From Candidatus Hydrogenedentota bacterium (GTDB lineage Bacteria; Hydrogenedentota; Hydrogenedentia; Hydrogenedentales; SLHB01), in NCBI GenBank assembly GCA_045863295.1, contig BTWA01000047.1, forward strand, positions 1 through 39,388: DNA of 39,388 nt, written 5' to 3'. Positions 31,360-39,388 of this stretch are shown one piece after another (within the stretch, counting starts at the first letter, position 1; every line of letters begins with the position of its first letter). Below the pieces are notes generated by a model, which did no database searches, was not told the DNA's origin, and was given only the letters and a program-made list of their open reading frames with translations. The translations under genes and the position numbers were made by a program.

Positions 31360-33348
31360 TTGCCACTAGTATCCAGCATATGCCTGCTTCTGACCGTCGT
31401 GCACGGCGCCTCCGGTGTGTCCGGACACATTGCGGATTCCGCCAACCAGCCCATTGCCGGTGCGCGCGTGTTTATCCAGCAGGGTATTGCCGGCGATCTG
31501 CTGGAGCAGACCTCAGCGATGGATGGAACATTCCGGTTTTCAAATCTGCAGCCAGGCGTCACGGGCGTTTTTGCCTATGCGGATGGCTACGCATTTGGCG
31601 GCAAGACAGTAAAACTGGCGCTGGATGAAGACATTTCAGGGGTATCGATCCTATTGCATGCTCCTGTGACCGTGGAAGGAGTGGTTTCCAACTTCAAGTC
31701 GGACCCGTTGAGTGATGCGTACGTGACAGGAATTCTCATTTTGGGTGCCGATCAAGTGGGCATTCCCTTGGATAAATTGCAGTCCTTCGGGTTCGAACTG
31801 CCCAAGAGTGGTCCGGAGGGGAAACTGATCGTACGCAACGTTCCACAAGGGGGCCGGGTCGGGCTGAAAGTTCGCCACAAAGCGCAGGCACAGGCCGCCG
31901 TTATGGATATTCAAGCCGGTACCCGGGACGTTCGAATCTCCATGAATCCAGGGGTGGCTGTGGAAGGGAAAGTACTGGCCCGTGAAAGCGGGCTGGCAGT
32001 AGCGGATGCAACCATTATTGTGCGAAATACCCGGCCGCCGAACGACACGGTGACGGTCCTTACGAACAACCGCGGTAGTTTCAATTTGCGTCTGGAACCG
32101 GGAATCTATCAGGCCCAGGTCTCCGGCGTCGAGTTGCGTTCGCCAGGCTGGGAAAAGGTGACGGTTACGGGCGAGGAACCCAATCAAGCGATCACCCTTC
32201 GTGTCGCCGGCACCAGCACGATACGAGGCACTGTAAATGACGCCATTACAGGAAAGCCGATTGCCGGCGCAAAGCTCCGGCTGAGCGCATTCAGTACTCC
32301 GGCCGCATCCATGACTACCGGCGACAGCGGCACATACGAGTTCTTGGCGGTTGAGGGGGAAAACCTGGTCACGATTGAACCGCCTGCCGGTTATGCCAAA
32401 CCGGAGATGAACGCCATGAGAGTTCAGGTGACTCAAGGGAAACCTCAAGAATTGCTCGCATTTTGGTTGAAGCCCGTCGCACCCATGCAGGTGCAAATTC
32501 TCGACGAACAGCAAAATCCGCTTGCCGGAGCCATGGTGCGCCTGGTGAACCCCTCGCAGTACCGATGGTACCAGAGCGACCAGCAGGGCATGGTGACGTT
32601 TGAAGTTGCCCAGTTTCCGGCCGATGGCGGAGTGGTGGGTCTGGTCGAGGTTATTGATCGGCCCCTGGGCGCACTGTTCCAGATTCTCCCCGGCGCCACG
32701 GAATTAGCACGAGTGCAGGTGTTACCGCTTTCTACAGTGATCGGTACCGTCATGTCCGATCGCGATAATCCAGTGAATAGCGCATTGGTGGCGTGTGTGT
32801 TTGAAGCGGTGACCGGGCAGGATCCGCTCGTGCTTTGGCAGTCGGCGTGCCGGGAGGACGGTTCGTTCACGTTGGAGGGCATCGTGCCCTATGTCCCCTT
32901 GATTTGTGTGGCCTCACTGGACGACGCCGTTAAAGGACAGTCAATCCCGTTTAACCTCAAGTCCGGCGAGTTGAAAGAGGTGGGACGGGTGGTATTGCCT
33001 CAAGCTCAGGCGAAGGCATCGTTGTTGGGTAGGACGTTGCCTTTTCAATCGGCTTTGCCCGTGGGTGAGCCTGCGCTGGTTATGTATTGTCAAGCGACGG
33101 AAGCACCGATGCTCTGCGACGCCTTGTCCCATCTCAAAATGACGCTCGGCGCGGGCCTTCCGAACGTGGGCGTCGTAGTGGATGGATCGGTCACAATAGC
33201 GCAACCGGGTGTCGCCACAATGCAAGGAATCTCGCCTGGACCTGGCAAGACCTACCTGCTCGGCGCCGATGGAAGGGTTTTGTGGGAAGGATCCGGCATG
33301 CCGCCGTTCTTCATTATTCAACGGCTAACCGGTCTGGGGGTTCGTTGA
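31360..33348 (+). CDS. Secreted carboxypeptidase-regulatory-like repeat protein with degenerate C-terminal thioredoxin-like fold
   Basis: Repeated motifs SGHIADSANQPIAGARV, RGTVNDAITGKPIAGAKL, ILDEQQNPLAGAMV; C-terminal TYLLGADGRV. Confidence 0.7.
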   Translation: MPLVSSICLLLTVVHGASGVSGHIADSANQPIAGARVFIQQGIAGDLLEQTSAMDGTFRFSNLQPGVTGVFAYADGYAFGGKTVKLALDEDISGVSILLHAPVTVEGVVSNFKSDPLSDAYVTGILILGADQVGIPLDKLQSFGFELPKSGPEGKLIVRNVPQGGRVGLKVRHKAQAQAAVMDIQAGTRDVRISMNPGVAVEGKVLARESGLAVADATIIVRNTRPPNDTVTVLTNNRGSFNLRLEPGIYQAQVSGVELRSPGWEKVTVTGEEPNQAITLRVAGTSTIRGTVNDAITGKPIAGAKLRLSAFSTPAASMTTGDSGTYEFLAVEGENLVTIEPPAGYAKPEMNAMRVQVTQGKPQELLAFWLKPVAPMQVQILDEQQNPLAGAMVRLVNPSQYRWYQSDQQGMVTFEVAQFPADGGVVGLVEVIDRPLGALFQILPGATELARVQVLPLSTVIGTVMSDRDNPVNSALVACVFEAVTGQDPLVLWQSACREDGSFTLEGIVPYVPLICVASLDDAVKGQSIPFNLKSGELKEVGRVVLPQAQAKASLLGRTLPFQSALPVGEPALVMYCQATEAPMLCDALSHLKMTLGAGLPNVGVVVDGSVTIAQPGVATMQGISPGPGKTYLLGADGRVLWEGSGMPPFFIIQRLTGLGVR

Positions 33349-33352
33349 TCTC

Positions 33353-35236
33353 GTGCCATTCTTGATTCGTTCCATCCTTCTTCTGGGTGCGCTCGTCCAC
33401 GCCGTGGCCGCGTCCGCCTTCGAAATATCCGGGCTCATCACAGACGTGTCGGCTCAACCTGTGAAAGGAGCGGCAGTTTGGCTACGCCATGCTTCGGGAG
33501 TTTTGCAGGCGACGTCGGATTCAGCCGGACGATACGCAATCTCCGATGTGTCTATCGGCGAAATTGAGCTTGTGGCTTACAAAGAAGGGCATGCCCTCGG
33601 CGGGGCCGCCGCAATAGTAACGGGTCCCGGAGAGATTAACTTGTTCCTCGGAAAAGAAGCCTCACTGGAAGTCCGGCTGATACAGCGGAACACTGGACCC
33701 GGCGGTGATTTGCCTCCAACCAACGTGGCCGGAGCCAGACTGAAATCGTTGACTGTTGGTGAGAGTGTCTATGTGGCCGTAGATGAACTGAGCGATCATG
33801 GGTTTCCTTCCTTCCGGAGTGGCGACGACGGCTGGCTGCGTGTGCCCTGCCTGCCAGACGGGGGCTATGTCGCATTCACCGTTTCTCACCGCAACTACAC
33901 CGATACAATTATTACCTACTATCCGGTTGGAAGGCAGCCGCTCACGGTGCCTATGGTGCGCGGCGTGGAAGTGGAAGGCCGCGTGGCCAACGCCGAAGAC
34001 GAAGGGGTGGCCGATGCACGTGTCGTAGTATTTCAAGGAACCAAGGAAACATTGCAGAAAATATTCGAAGGTGTTTCCGATTCGGATGGTTATTTTTCGG
34101 CTCGCCTTCGTCCAGGGCGTTATCTCGTGGCCGCACGGCATTCCGGGTACGCCACATCGTTCCCCAAACCCGTCGAAGTGCCCGAGACCGGTGAAACGGT
34201 CGAAGTGGACCTGGAACTGCCCAGAGGGAGAATGGTTACCGGACGGGTGACCTTGGAGGACGGCAGTGCGGCGCCGGGGGTGCAAGTGGGCTACGTGAAA
34301 GGCGAGCATCAACTCGATGCTACGTACTCCGACAATGCAGGGGCGTTTCGGATCCTTGCGGACGAAGGGAAATGCCTTGTGCGCCTTCGACCTCCAGACG
34401 GCTATGTGATTGAGCCGACACCCGTACTGCCCATTGAAGTGACGGGTGATACCTTTTCCATTGACCGCGCGTTCTTAATGCGTCCCCTGCCCCTGATTAC
34501 CGGCAGCATTGTGGACGCCGAGGGCAATCCCGCCGCCCATTCCATCATCGCATCGATGAATATGAGAGAGCCCGTTACGGCTACCGCACACGATGACGGT
34601 ACCTTTGAACTCCAGTTGAAGCAAATGCCGGAGGACGGCACCGCCCGTTTTCTCGTGGAGCATCCGCTACGATTTCAACGAACTCAGGCCGATGTCAATG
34701 TAACATCGAAGGAACCGCTACGCATTGTCATGGCTCCATTTGAACCCGATCTCTCGCCGTGCGTGGGGACAGATTCCCCGAATAACCTTGGCCGGCTGCG
34801 CGACGATCCAGCGCCGGCCATCGCATGTGACGCGTGGTTTAATCTGCAAGACGGCTCGCAAAGCATTAATTTGGAGTCGCTCCGCGGAAAAGTGGTCGTG
34901 TTGACCTTTTGGGGCGGGTTTGACCAATCCGGACCGGGCCGCAACCGGCTCAAGGAAATGAACCTGTTATACGACATCTACGGGACTTCGGGCGACGTCG
35001 CCATCGTCGGCATTCATGACAGCGGCAATGAAAAAGAAGAAATTGACGAGTTTATCCGGAACTATGGCATACGGTTTCCTGTCGGAAGAGACGCCGAAAC
35101 CAAGACGTTCACCGCCTACGACATTCTCGTGATTCCTCAGACCGTGTTGATTGACAAGAAGGGAGTGTTGCGATTCTTCGATGTCAACGGACGGTTGCTG
35201 GAGTTGGTCAAAGCGCTTCGGCGGGAGAGCGAGTAA
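33353..35236 (+). CDS. Secreted carboxypeptidase-regulatory-like repeat protein with C-terminal redoxin (TlpA/AhpC-like) domain lacking CxxC
   Basis: SGLITDVSAQPVKGAAV etc.; PAPAI...LESLRGKVVVLTFW, IVGIH, YGIRFPVGRD, IPQTVLIDKKGVLRF. Confidence 0.78.
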   Translation: MPFLIRSILLLGALVHAVAASAFEISGLITDVSAQPVKGAAVWLRHASGVLQATSDSAGRYAISDVSIGEIELVAYKEGHALGGAAAIVTGPGEINLFLGKEASLEVRLIQRNTGPGGDLPPTNVAGARLKSLTVGESVYVAVDELSDHGFPSFRSGDDGWLRVPCLPDGGYVAFTVSHRNYTDTIITYYPVGRQPLTVPMVRGVEVEGRVANAEDEGVADARVVVFQGTKETLQKIFEGVSDSDGYFSARLRPGRYLVAARHSGYATSFPKPVEVPETGETVEVDLELPRGRMVTGRVTLEDGSAAPGVQVGYVKGEHQLDATYSDNAGAFRILADEGKCLVRLRPPDGYVIEPTPVLPIEVTGDTFSIDRAFLMRPLPLITGSIVDAEGNPAAHSIIASMNMREPVTATAHDDGTFELQLKQMPEDGTARFLVEHPLRFQRTQADVNVTSKEPLRIVMAPFEPDLSPCVGTDSPNNLGRLRDDPAPAIACDAWFNLQDGSQSINLESLRGKVVVLTFWGGFDQSGPGRNRLKEMNLLYDIYGTSGDVAIVGIHDSGNEKEEIDEFIRNYGIRFPVGRDAETKTFTAYDILVIPQTVLIDKKGVLRFFDVNGRLLELVKALRRESE

Positions 35237-35259
35237 TAAAAGTCTAAGTACAACAAGAA

Positions 35260-35289
35260 AACCGCCCTAGACAGGCGCCAAGGGCGGTT
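35260..35289 (-). terminator. Terminator after rpsT
   Basis: AACCGCCCT-N12-AGGGCGGTT with T-rich tail (TTTTCTTGTT) on the minus strand. Confidence 0.65.
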
Positions 35290-35308
35290 GGAATCGAATG
35301 GGAATTCG

Positions 35309-35581
35309 TTATTTCGAGGCGAGCAACTTGGCAGCGCGGCGTTGCAAGGACGATTTCTTGCGGCCGGCAGACTTCGGATGCAGCACACCTTTGGAGGCGG
35401 CGCGATCAATCTCCGACAAGGCGGCCTTCAGCGCGGCATCAACCGCCGCCGGGTCCTTGCCTTCCAATGCGGTTTGGGCCTTACCCACCTGCGTCTTCAT
35501 GCGGCTACGCACCGCAACATTTCGCGAGCGGTTGCGCTCGTTTGTCTTCAAACGCTCTTTTGCCGTCTTGCTGTTCGGCAT
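35309..35581 (-). CDS. rpsT: 30S ribosomal protein S20
   Basis: MPNSKTAKERLKTNERNRSRN...RSRMKT...IDRAASKGVLHPKSAGRKKSSL; GAGGAG RBS. Confidence 0.96.
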   Translation of the reverse strand: MPNSKTAKERLKTNERNRSRNVAVRSRMKTQVGKAQTALEGKDPAAVDAALKAALSEIDRAASKGVLHPKSAGRKKSSLQRRAAKLLASK

Positions 35582-35626
35582 GCACAAAACTCCTCAATCG
35601 GGATATAGGGGTCACACGAGGGGTAG

Positions 35627-35656
35627 AGTGTAGCAAAAGTCTCTAGTGCTGTGCAA
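35627..35656 (-). promoter_or_regulatory. Sigma70-type promoter for rpsT
   Basis: Minus strand TTGCAC-N18-TACACT with TGn extended -10. Confidence 0.55.
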
Positions 35657-35735
35657 ATCGACCGTCGAATCGTCGAGGCGGGGGCAACTGGAGTAGATTT
35701 AGGGCCGATACGTCAAATAAATATGGAAGGGGGGT

Positions 35736-36812
35736 GTGAGAGTGAACCGTATTCTCGTCGTTTTGAGCCTTTTGGCTGGTGTTCATCAAACCGCGGCCAC
35801 CCCGATCCAGGACGCTGAATTGGAGGCGTGGTCAGCTCCATATCGGGGGTGGTACTACTACCCCAACCATGTGATCCCGGCTGAACCCAATATTCCAGGA
35901 TACGAGAATTTCCATAACACCGACGTGCCTACTGTGTTTCAGTTGCCGGGTGATTCAAAATGGTATATGAGTTTCATCGCGTTCAACGGTGAGGGCTACA
36001 ATTCGTTTATCGCGGAAAGCGATGATCTCCTGAATTGGTCAAACTTCCGTCTGGGTTTCGGTTTTGGGCCAAAAGGATCGTTCGACTATGGAGGACGGGT
36101 GCTGGGGGCCTATCTGTATGATTCCTATGAGGTAAAGGCTCCACGCCTATTGAAGAAGCGAGACGGTAAATTCTGGTCGCTCTACGGGGCCTATCCGCGA
36201 CAAGGCGGATACGAACTCCGGCCAGGATATGAAGGGGTGGCGGTCAGCGACGATGGGATCGTATGGCAGCGAGGCCACGCAAGTCCCATCCTCGCCGTGC
36301 ACGACCCGGGCTGCGCGGAATGGGAAAAAGACTGCATCTATCAGCCATGGCTTGTGGAACACGAAGGTGTGTTCTACAACTTCTACAATGCGGCAAACGG
36401 GAGCCACGAACAGACCGGATTGGCCACATCAGGAGACTTGGTGAACTGGCGCCGTCATGATAAGAATCCCGTGATTTCGAACAGGCCAGGCGGTTTCGAC
36501 GCACTCTTTGCATCCGATCCAAAAGTGTTTCGGGACGGTGATCATTGGACGATGATTTACTTCGGAGTGGGACAGGGGAGAGCCCACATCATGATCGCGT
36601 TTTCACGCGACCTGAAGACTTGGGCGGCCCACCCGGAACCATTGTACAAGGCCGGCGGCCATCCCGATGGGTTGGATACGCAATACGCCCACAAGGTGTC
36701 CCTGGTGTACAGGCCGGATACGGACACGTTCTATCTGTACTACTGCGCGACCGGCAAGGCGGGCAGAGGGATCGGTTTGATCACGAGCCGGGCAATTTCA
36801 GTGTCAAATTGA
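35736..36812 (+). CDS. Secreted five-bladed beta-propeller glycosidase-like protein (GH43/GH130-type fold)
   Basis: Signal peptide; IAESDDLLNW, VAVSDDGIVW, LATSGDLVNW, IAFSRDLKTW, ASDPKVF, FYLYY, GIGLITS. Confidence 0.75.
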   Translation: MRVNRILVVLSLLAGVHQTAATPIQDAELEAWSAPYRGWYYYPNHVIPAEPNIPGYENFHNTDVPTVFQLPGDSKWYMSFIAFNGEGYNSFIAESDDLLNWSNFRLGFGFGPKGSFDYGGRVLGAYLYDSYEVKAPRLLKKRDGKFWSLYGAYPRQGGYELRPGYEGVAVSDDGIVWQRGHASPILAVHDPGCAEWEKDCIYQPWLVEHEGVFYNFYNAANGSHEQTGLATSGDLVNWRRHDKNPVISNRPGGFDALFASDPKVFRDGDHWTMIYFGVGQGRAHIMIAFSRDLKTWAAHPEPLYKAGGHPDGLDTQYAHKVSLVYRPDTDTFYLYYCATGKAGRGIGLITSRAISVSN

Positions 36813-36896
36813 GCCACTTCAATGCTTTAGCTTCAGTCGGACCCGGAGAATCGATCGAAAACGCTCTCCCGGTTTGCTGATCTCCTTTAAATTGGA

Positions 36897-36925
36897 TTGC
36901 TAAGGCACCTAATACGGGGTATGAT
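36897..36925 (+). promoter_or_regulatory. Sigma70-type promoter for the USP gene
   Basis: TTGCTA-N17-TATGAT. Confidence 0.5.
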
Positions 36926-36971
36926 CTATACAGGAACATATCGCGATGTGAACCACCGGGAGGGCCGGGCC

Positions 36972-37895
36972 GTGTTTAAGAACTTAAAAATCCTGGTACC
37001 GACAGACTTTTCCCATTATGCGCTTTTCGCGACGAAGTATGCGGAGGCGTTCGCAAAAACGTACGGAGGTGAAATCCATTTCGCCCATGTCCTTGATGCA
37101 GCTTTGTTTACGCAGGGGACAGGCCAAGGATTGTGGCTCAACAAGACCGATGCAGACCAACTGATGGCGTCCATGCGGGAAAATGCGGAATCCCGGCTTC
37201 AGCATTTGGTCGATATGGCCACCGCTGAAGGCATTCCGGCACACCACCACATTGTCCTGGGTAGTCCCGCACACGAACTTTTGAGTCTTATTGAGACTAT
37301 CGGCACAACCTTCGTCGTAATCGCGACTCACGGGCGCACCGGCGTAGAGCATTTCGTCTTCGGCAGCGTGGCCGAACGAATCGTGCGCTCCTCGCCGGTG
37401 CCAGTGTTGACGGTAAAACATCCAGAGCATGAATTTGTGGACGATCCCACGTTGACACCGCAGGTCAAACGCCTGATGTTTCCGACAGACTTTTCCGAAT
37501 TTTCCATGAAAGCGATGCCCTACGCGCAGGCCATGTGCCGTCAATTCGGAGCGACGTTGTTGCTCTTTCACGCAAGCGAGGTGCCGGTCGTCCTGCCGGA
37601 GTTTTTGCCCGAGTCGTCGGCCTCAGTCGGGGCGGATATGGAAAGTCACGCAAAGGAAGTGCTGGAACGCATGGCGCATTCCATAAAGGATGTAAACGTG
37701 GAATTCGATGTCACGACAGGCGCGCCGCATCGAGAAATTTGCCATGCAGTAAGCGCGCGCAATATCGACCTCGTCGTAATTCCAACTCATGGCCGTACGG
37801 GTATAGTGCATGCGCTATTTGGTAGCACGGCAGAGCGGGTAGTTCGATTGGCGCCATGCCCGGTCCTGACCATCCGCCCGGAATGGAAAGCATAA
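36972..37895 (+). CDS. Tandem-domain universal stress protein
   Basis: Two USP domains: ILVPTDFS...ATHGRTG...FGSVAERIVRSSPVPVLTV and LMFPTDFS...PTHGRTG...FGSTAERVVRLAPCPVLTI; GTG 36972 after GGGAGG. Confidence 0.93.
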   Translation: MFKNLKILVPTDFSHYALFATKYAEAFAKTYGGEIHFAHVLDAALFTQGTGQGLWLNKTDADQLMASMRENAESRLQHLVDMATAEGIPAHHHIVLGSPAHELLSLIETIGTTFVVIATHGRTGVEHFVFGSVAERIVRSSPVPVLTVKHPEHEFVDDPTLTPQVKRLMFPTDFSEFSMKAMPYAQAMCRQFGATLLLFHASEVPVVLPEFLPESSASVGADMESHAKEVLERMAHSIKDVNVEFDVTTGAPHREICHAVSARNIDLVVIPTHGRTGIVHALFGSTAERVVRLAPCPVLTIRPEWKA

Positions 37896-37962
37896 CGCAG
37901 TTTCTAAGGGCTCCTGGCTGCGAAGGAAGCAAAAGTCTGCAGGGCTAGTCGACTATGATGGG

Positions 37963-38232
37963 CTAGTTCCAGCGCTGTTGCGCGCGGTAGGCTTCAAGCG
38001 TCTCTTGGATATCCCCCGGCTCCAACTTGCCGCGGGCGACCAGCGATCCTTGGTTGTCAAAGATGGCGAACCGCGTATGACCATGATCTGCGGCTTCGCA
38101 CATGACCCGGCTTGCCATGTCTTCCAACAGCAATTGGCGTTGGGTCCGCGTGGCGGTATTCCATGACGCGGTCTCCTCCGGCGTCATGGTGTAGTGCCAC
38201 GAGTCCCCAGTGCACTCCCTTTTATCCGCCAT
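37963..38232 (-). CDS. Hypothetical protein, 89 aa
   Basis: Strong RBS AAGGAGG 7 nt before ATG; fills an intergenic gap; protein-like composition; family not recognised. Confidence 0.65.
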   Translation of the reverse strand: MADKRECTGDSWHYTMTPEETASWNTATRTQRQLLLEDMASRVMCEAADHGHTRFAIFDNQGSLVARGKLEPGDIQETLEAYRAQQRWN

Positions 38233-38741
38233 CGGGCGCCCTCCTTGTGGGTTTTGCGAGGGAGGTCCTGTGCATCTGTGAATTCATCCTAACACAGATC
38301 AAACATGGCGTAAAGCCGAAATCACCGCACACGTTTCAATCTAGAACCCGCCCCAATCTATGACGGAGTATCGTGGGTGATGTACCCGCGGACGGGCCGC
38401 CATAAACAAGGCAACCCTAGAAACCGTCTGCCCTCGGACGCTTCAGCTTGTGTACGAATGACGCTGGCGGTACACTCAAGAGGCGTAGCGGGGGAAAATG
38501 GAACACAGTCTTACCCTCCTCAATAAGCGTCAAAAAGTGTTGCCGTACAAATTGACTTCAGCAAACATGGATTTGCATAAGTCCGATAGGCACGCAAATG
38601 AGGATTCCCCTTGACCCGCGATGCCAACAGGCGCGTTGAAGGGGAACCCGGGGTTTGGGCGTGTCGGTCTACCTGAGGCATGCGCTAACTGGACTGCCGC
38701 GAATTGCGGTTGCGTGGCATGGATATGGAACGGAGATCGGA

Positions 38742-39388
38742 ATGCGCTGGGACAAGATTCGTAAAAAGAATCCCCGATTCGGCATTGGATTGATGTCGGG
38801 CTCCTCGTGCGACGGCGTTGACGCCGCGTTGGTACGCTTCAAAGGTACCGGCGACGCCCTTCGCGTCAAGCTGATTGCTCACGAAACCATTCCCTATCCC
38901 AACATGTTTTCATCCCGGTTGCTTGAAAGCCGTATTACCACACCTGACATTGGCGAAATCCATTTCGAAGTCGGACAGCGATTTGCAGACGCCGCACTGC
39001 AAATGATGGCGAGGGCGGAAAAGGAGGGGGTCGAAGTCGATTTTATAGCCTCGCACGGGCATACCCTGGCCCACGTTCCAACACGATTGCCAAATCAGCC
39101 GCGCGGCACGCTTCAAGTCGGCGAAGCAGCAATCATTGCCGAGCGAACAGGTTTGGTCGTAGTATCGGACTTTAGACCCAGGGACATGGCTGCGGGCGGG
39201 CAGGGGGCGCCGCTGGTGCCCTACGCGGACTGGGTCCTGTTTCACCGCGATGCCGGAACGACAGTGTGTCTCAACATTGGCGGTATCGCAAACGTCACGG
39301 TGGTAACCCCAGCGTTGGAGTCGGTCTACGCGTTCGATACGGGGCCGGGCAACATGCCGATTGATGGCGTCGCACGCATCTACTCCAA
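38742..39388 (+). CDS. anmK: Anhydro-N-acetylmuramic acid kinase (3' end outside window; absent from ORF track)
   Basis: Manual translation: MRWDKIRKKNPRFGIGLMSGSSCDGVDAALV...IASHGHTLAH...TLQVGE...VVSDFRPRDMAAGGQGAPLVP...LNIGGIANVT...AFDTGPGNM. Confidence 0.95.
   Translation, partial: MRWDKIRKKNPRFGIGLMSGSSCDGVDAALVRFKGTGDALRVKLIAHETIPYPNMFSSRLLESRITTPDIGEIHFEVGQRFADAALQMMARAEKEGVEVDFIASHGHTLAHVPTRLPNQPRGTLQVGEAAIIAERTGLVVVSDFRPRDMAAGGQGAPLVPYADWVLFHRDAGTTVCLNIGGIANVTVVTPALESVYAFDTGPGNMPIDGVARIYS

Noticed and set aside
34890..34960. Selenocysteine (UGA) replacing the missing CxxC in the redoxin domain
   Set aside because: The frame is open with no in-frame TGA at that position
37905..37945. 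SRP-RNA-like GAAGGAAGCA
   Set aside because: Lacks the upstream CAGG-NCC-GNRA pairing of domain IV and any long flanking helix

Overview
Ordinary, gene-dense chromosomal window from a moderately GC-rich diderm bacterium. The many Tat/Sec-exported glycan enzymes, the PQQ-like propeller and the carboxypeptidase-regulatory-like proteins resemble Hydrogenedentota/PVC-type genomes, but that assignment is inference only. Contents: glycoside-active enzymes (GH106-like, GH31, BNR/sialidase-like, five-bladed propeller, Tat Gfo/Idh/MocA, Tat TIM-barrel), a nadC-birA-coaX-lptC/A-lptB operon, a signal-peptide-bearing katG, a stand-alone rplJ-rplL operon with L10 leader, a frameshifted ClC-CBS-RCK_C gene, uvrC, tRNA-Ala(CGC), MFS, RidA, a TPR-metallopeptidase, two paralogous secreted beta-sandwich/redoxin-fold proteins, rpsT, a tandem USP and a partial anmK. 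No mobile element, prophage or CRISPR array was seen. The most unusual feature is the LPS-transport ORF 7593-9620. It joins a lipoprotein LptC-like module in frame to a second unit with its own RBS, start and signal peptide. That second unit is made of three tandem LptA-like repeats, with an A10 tract exactly at the repeat 2/3 linker. All product calls come from motif recognition by eye; no searches were run.
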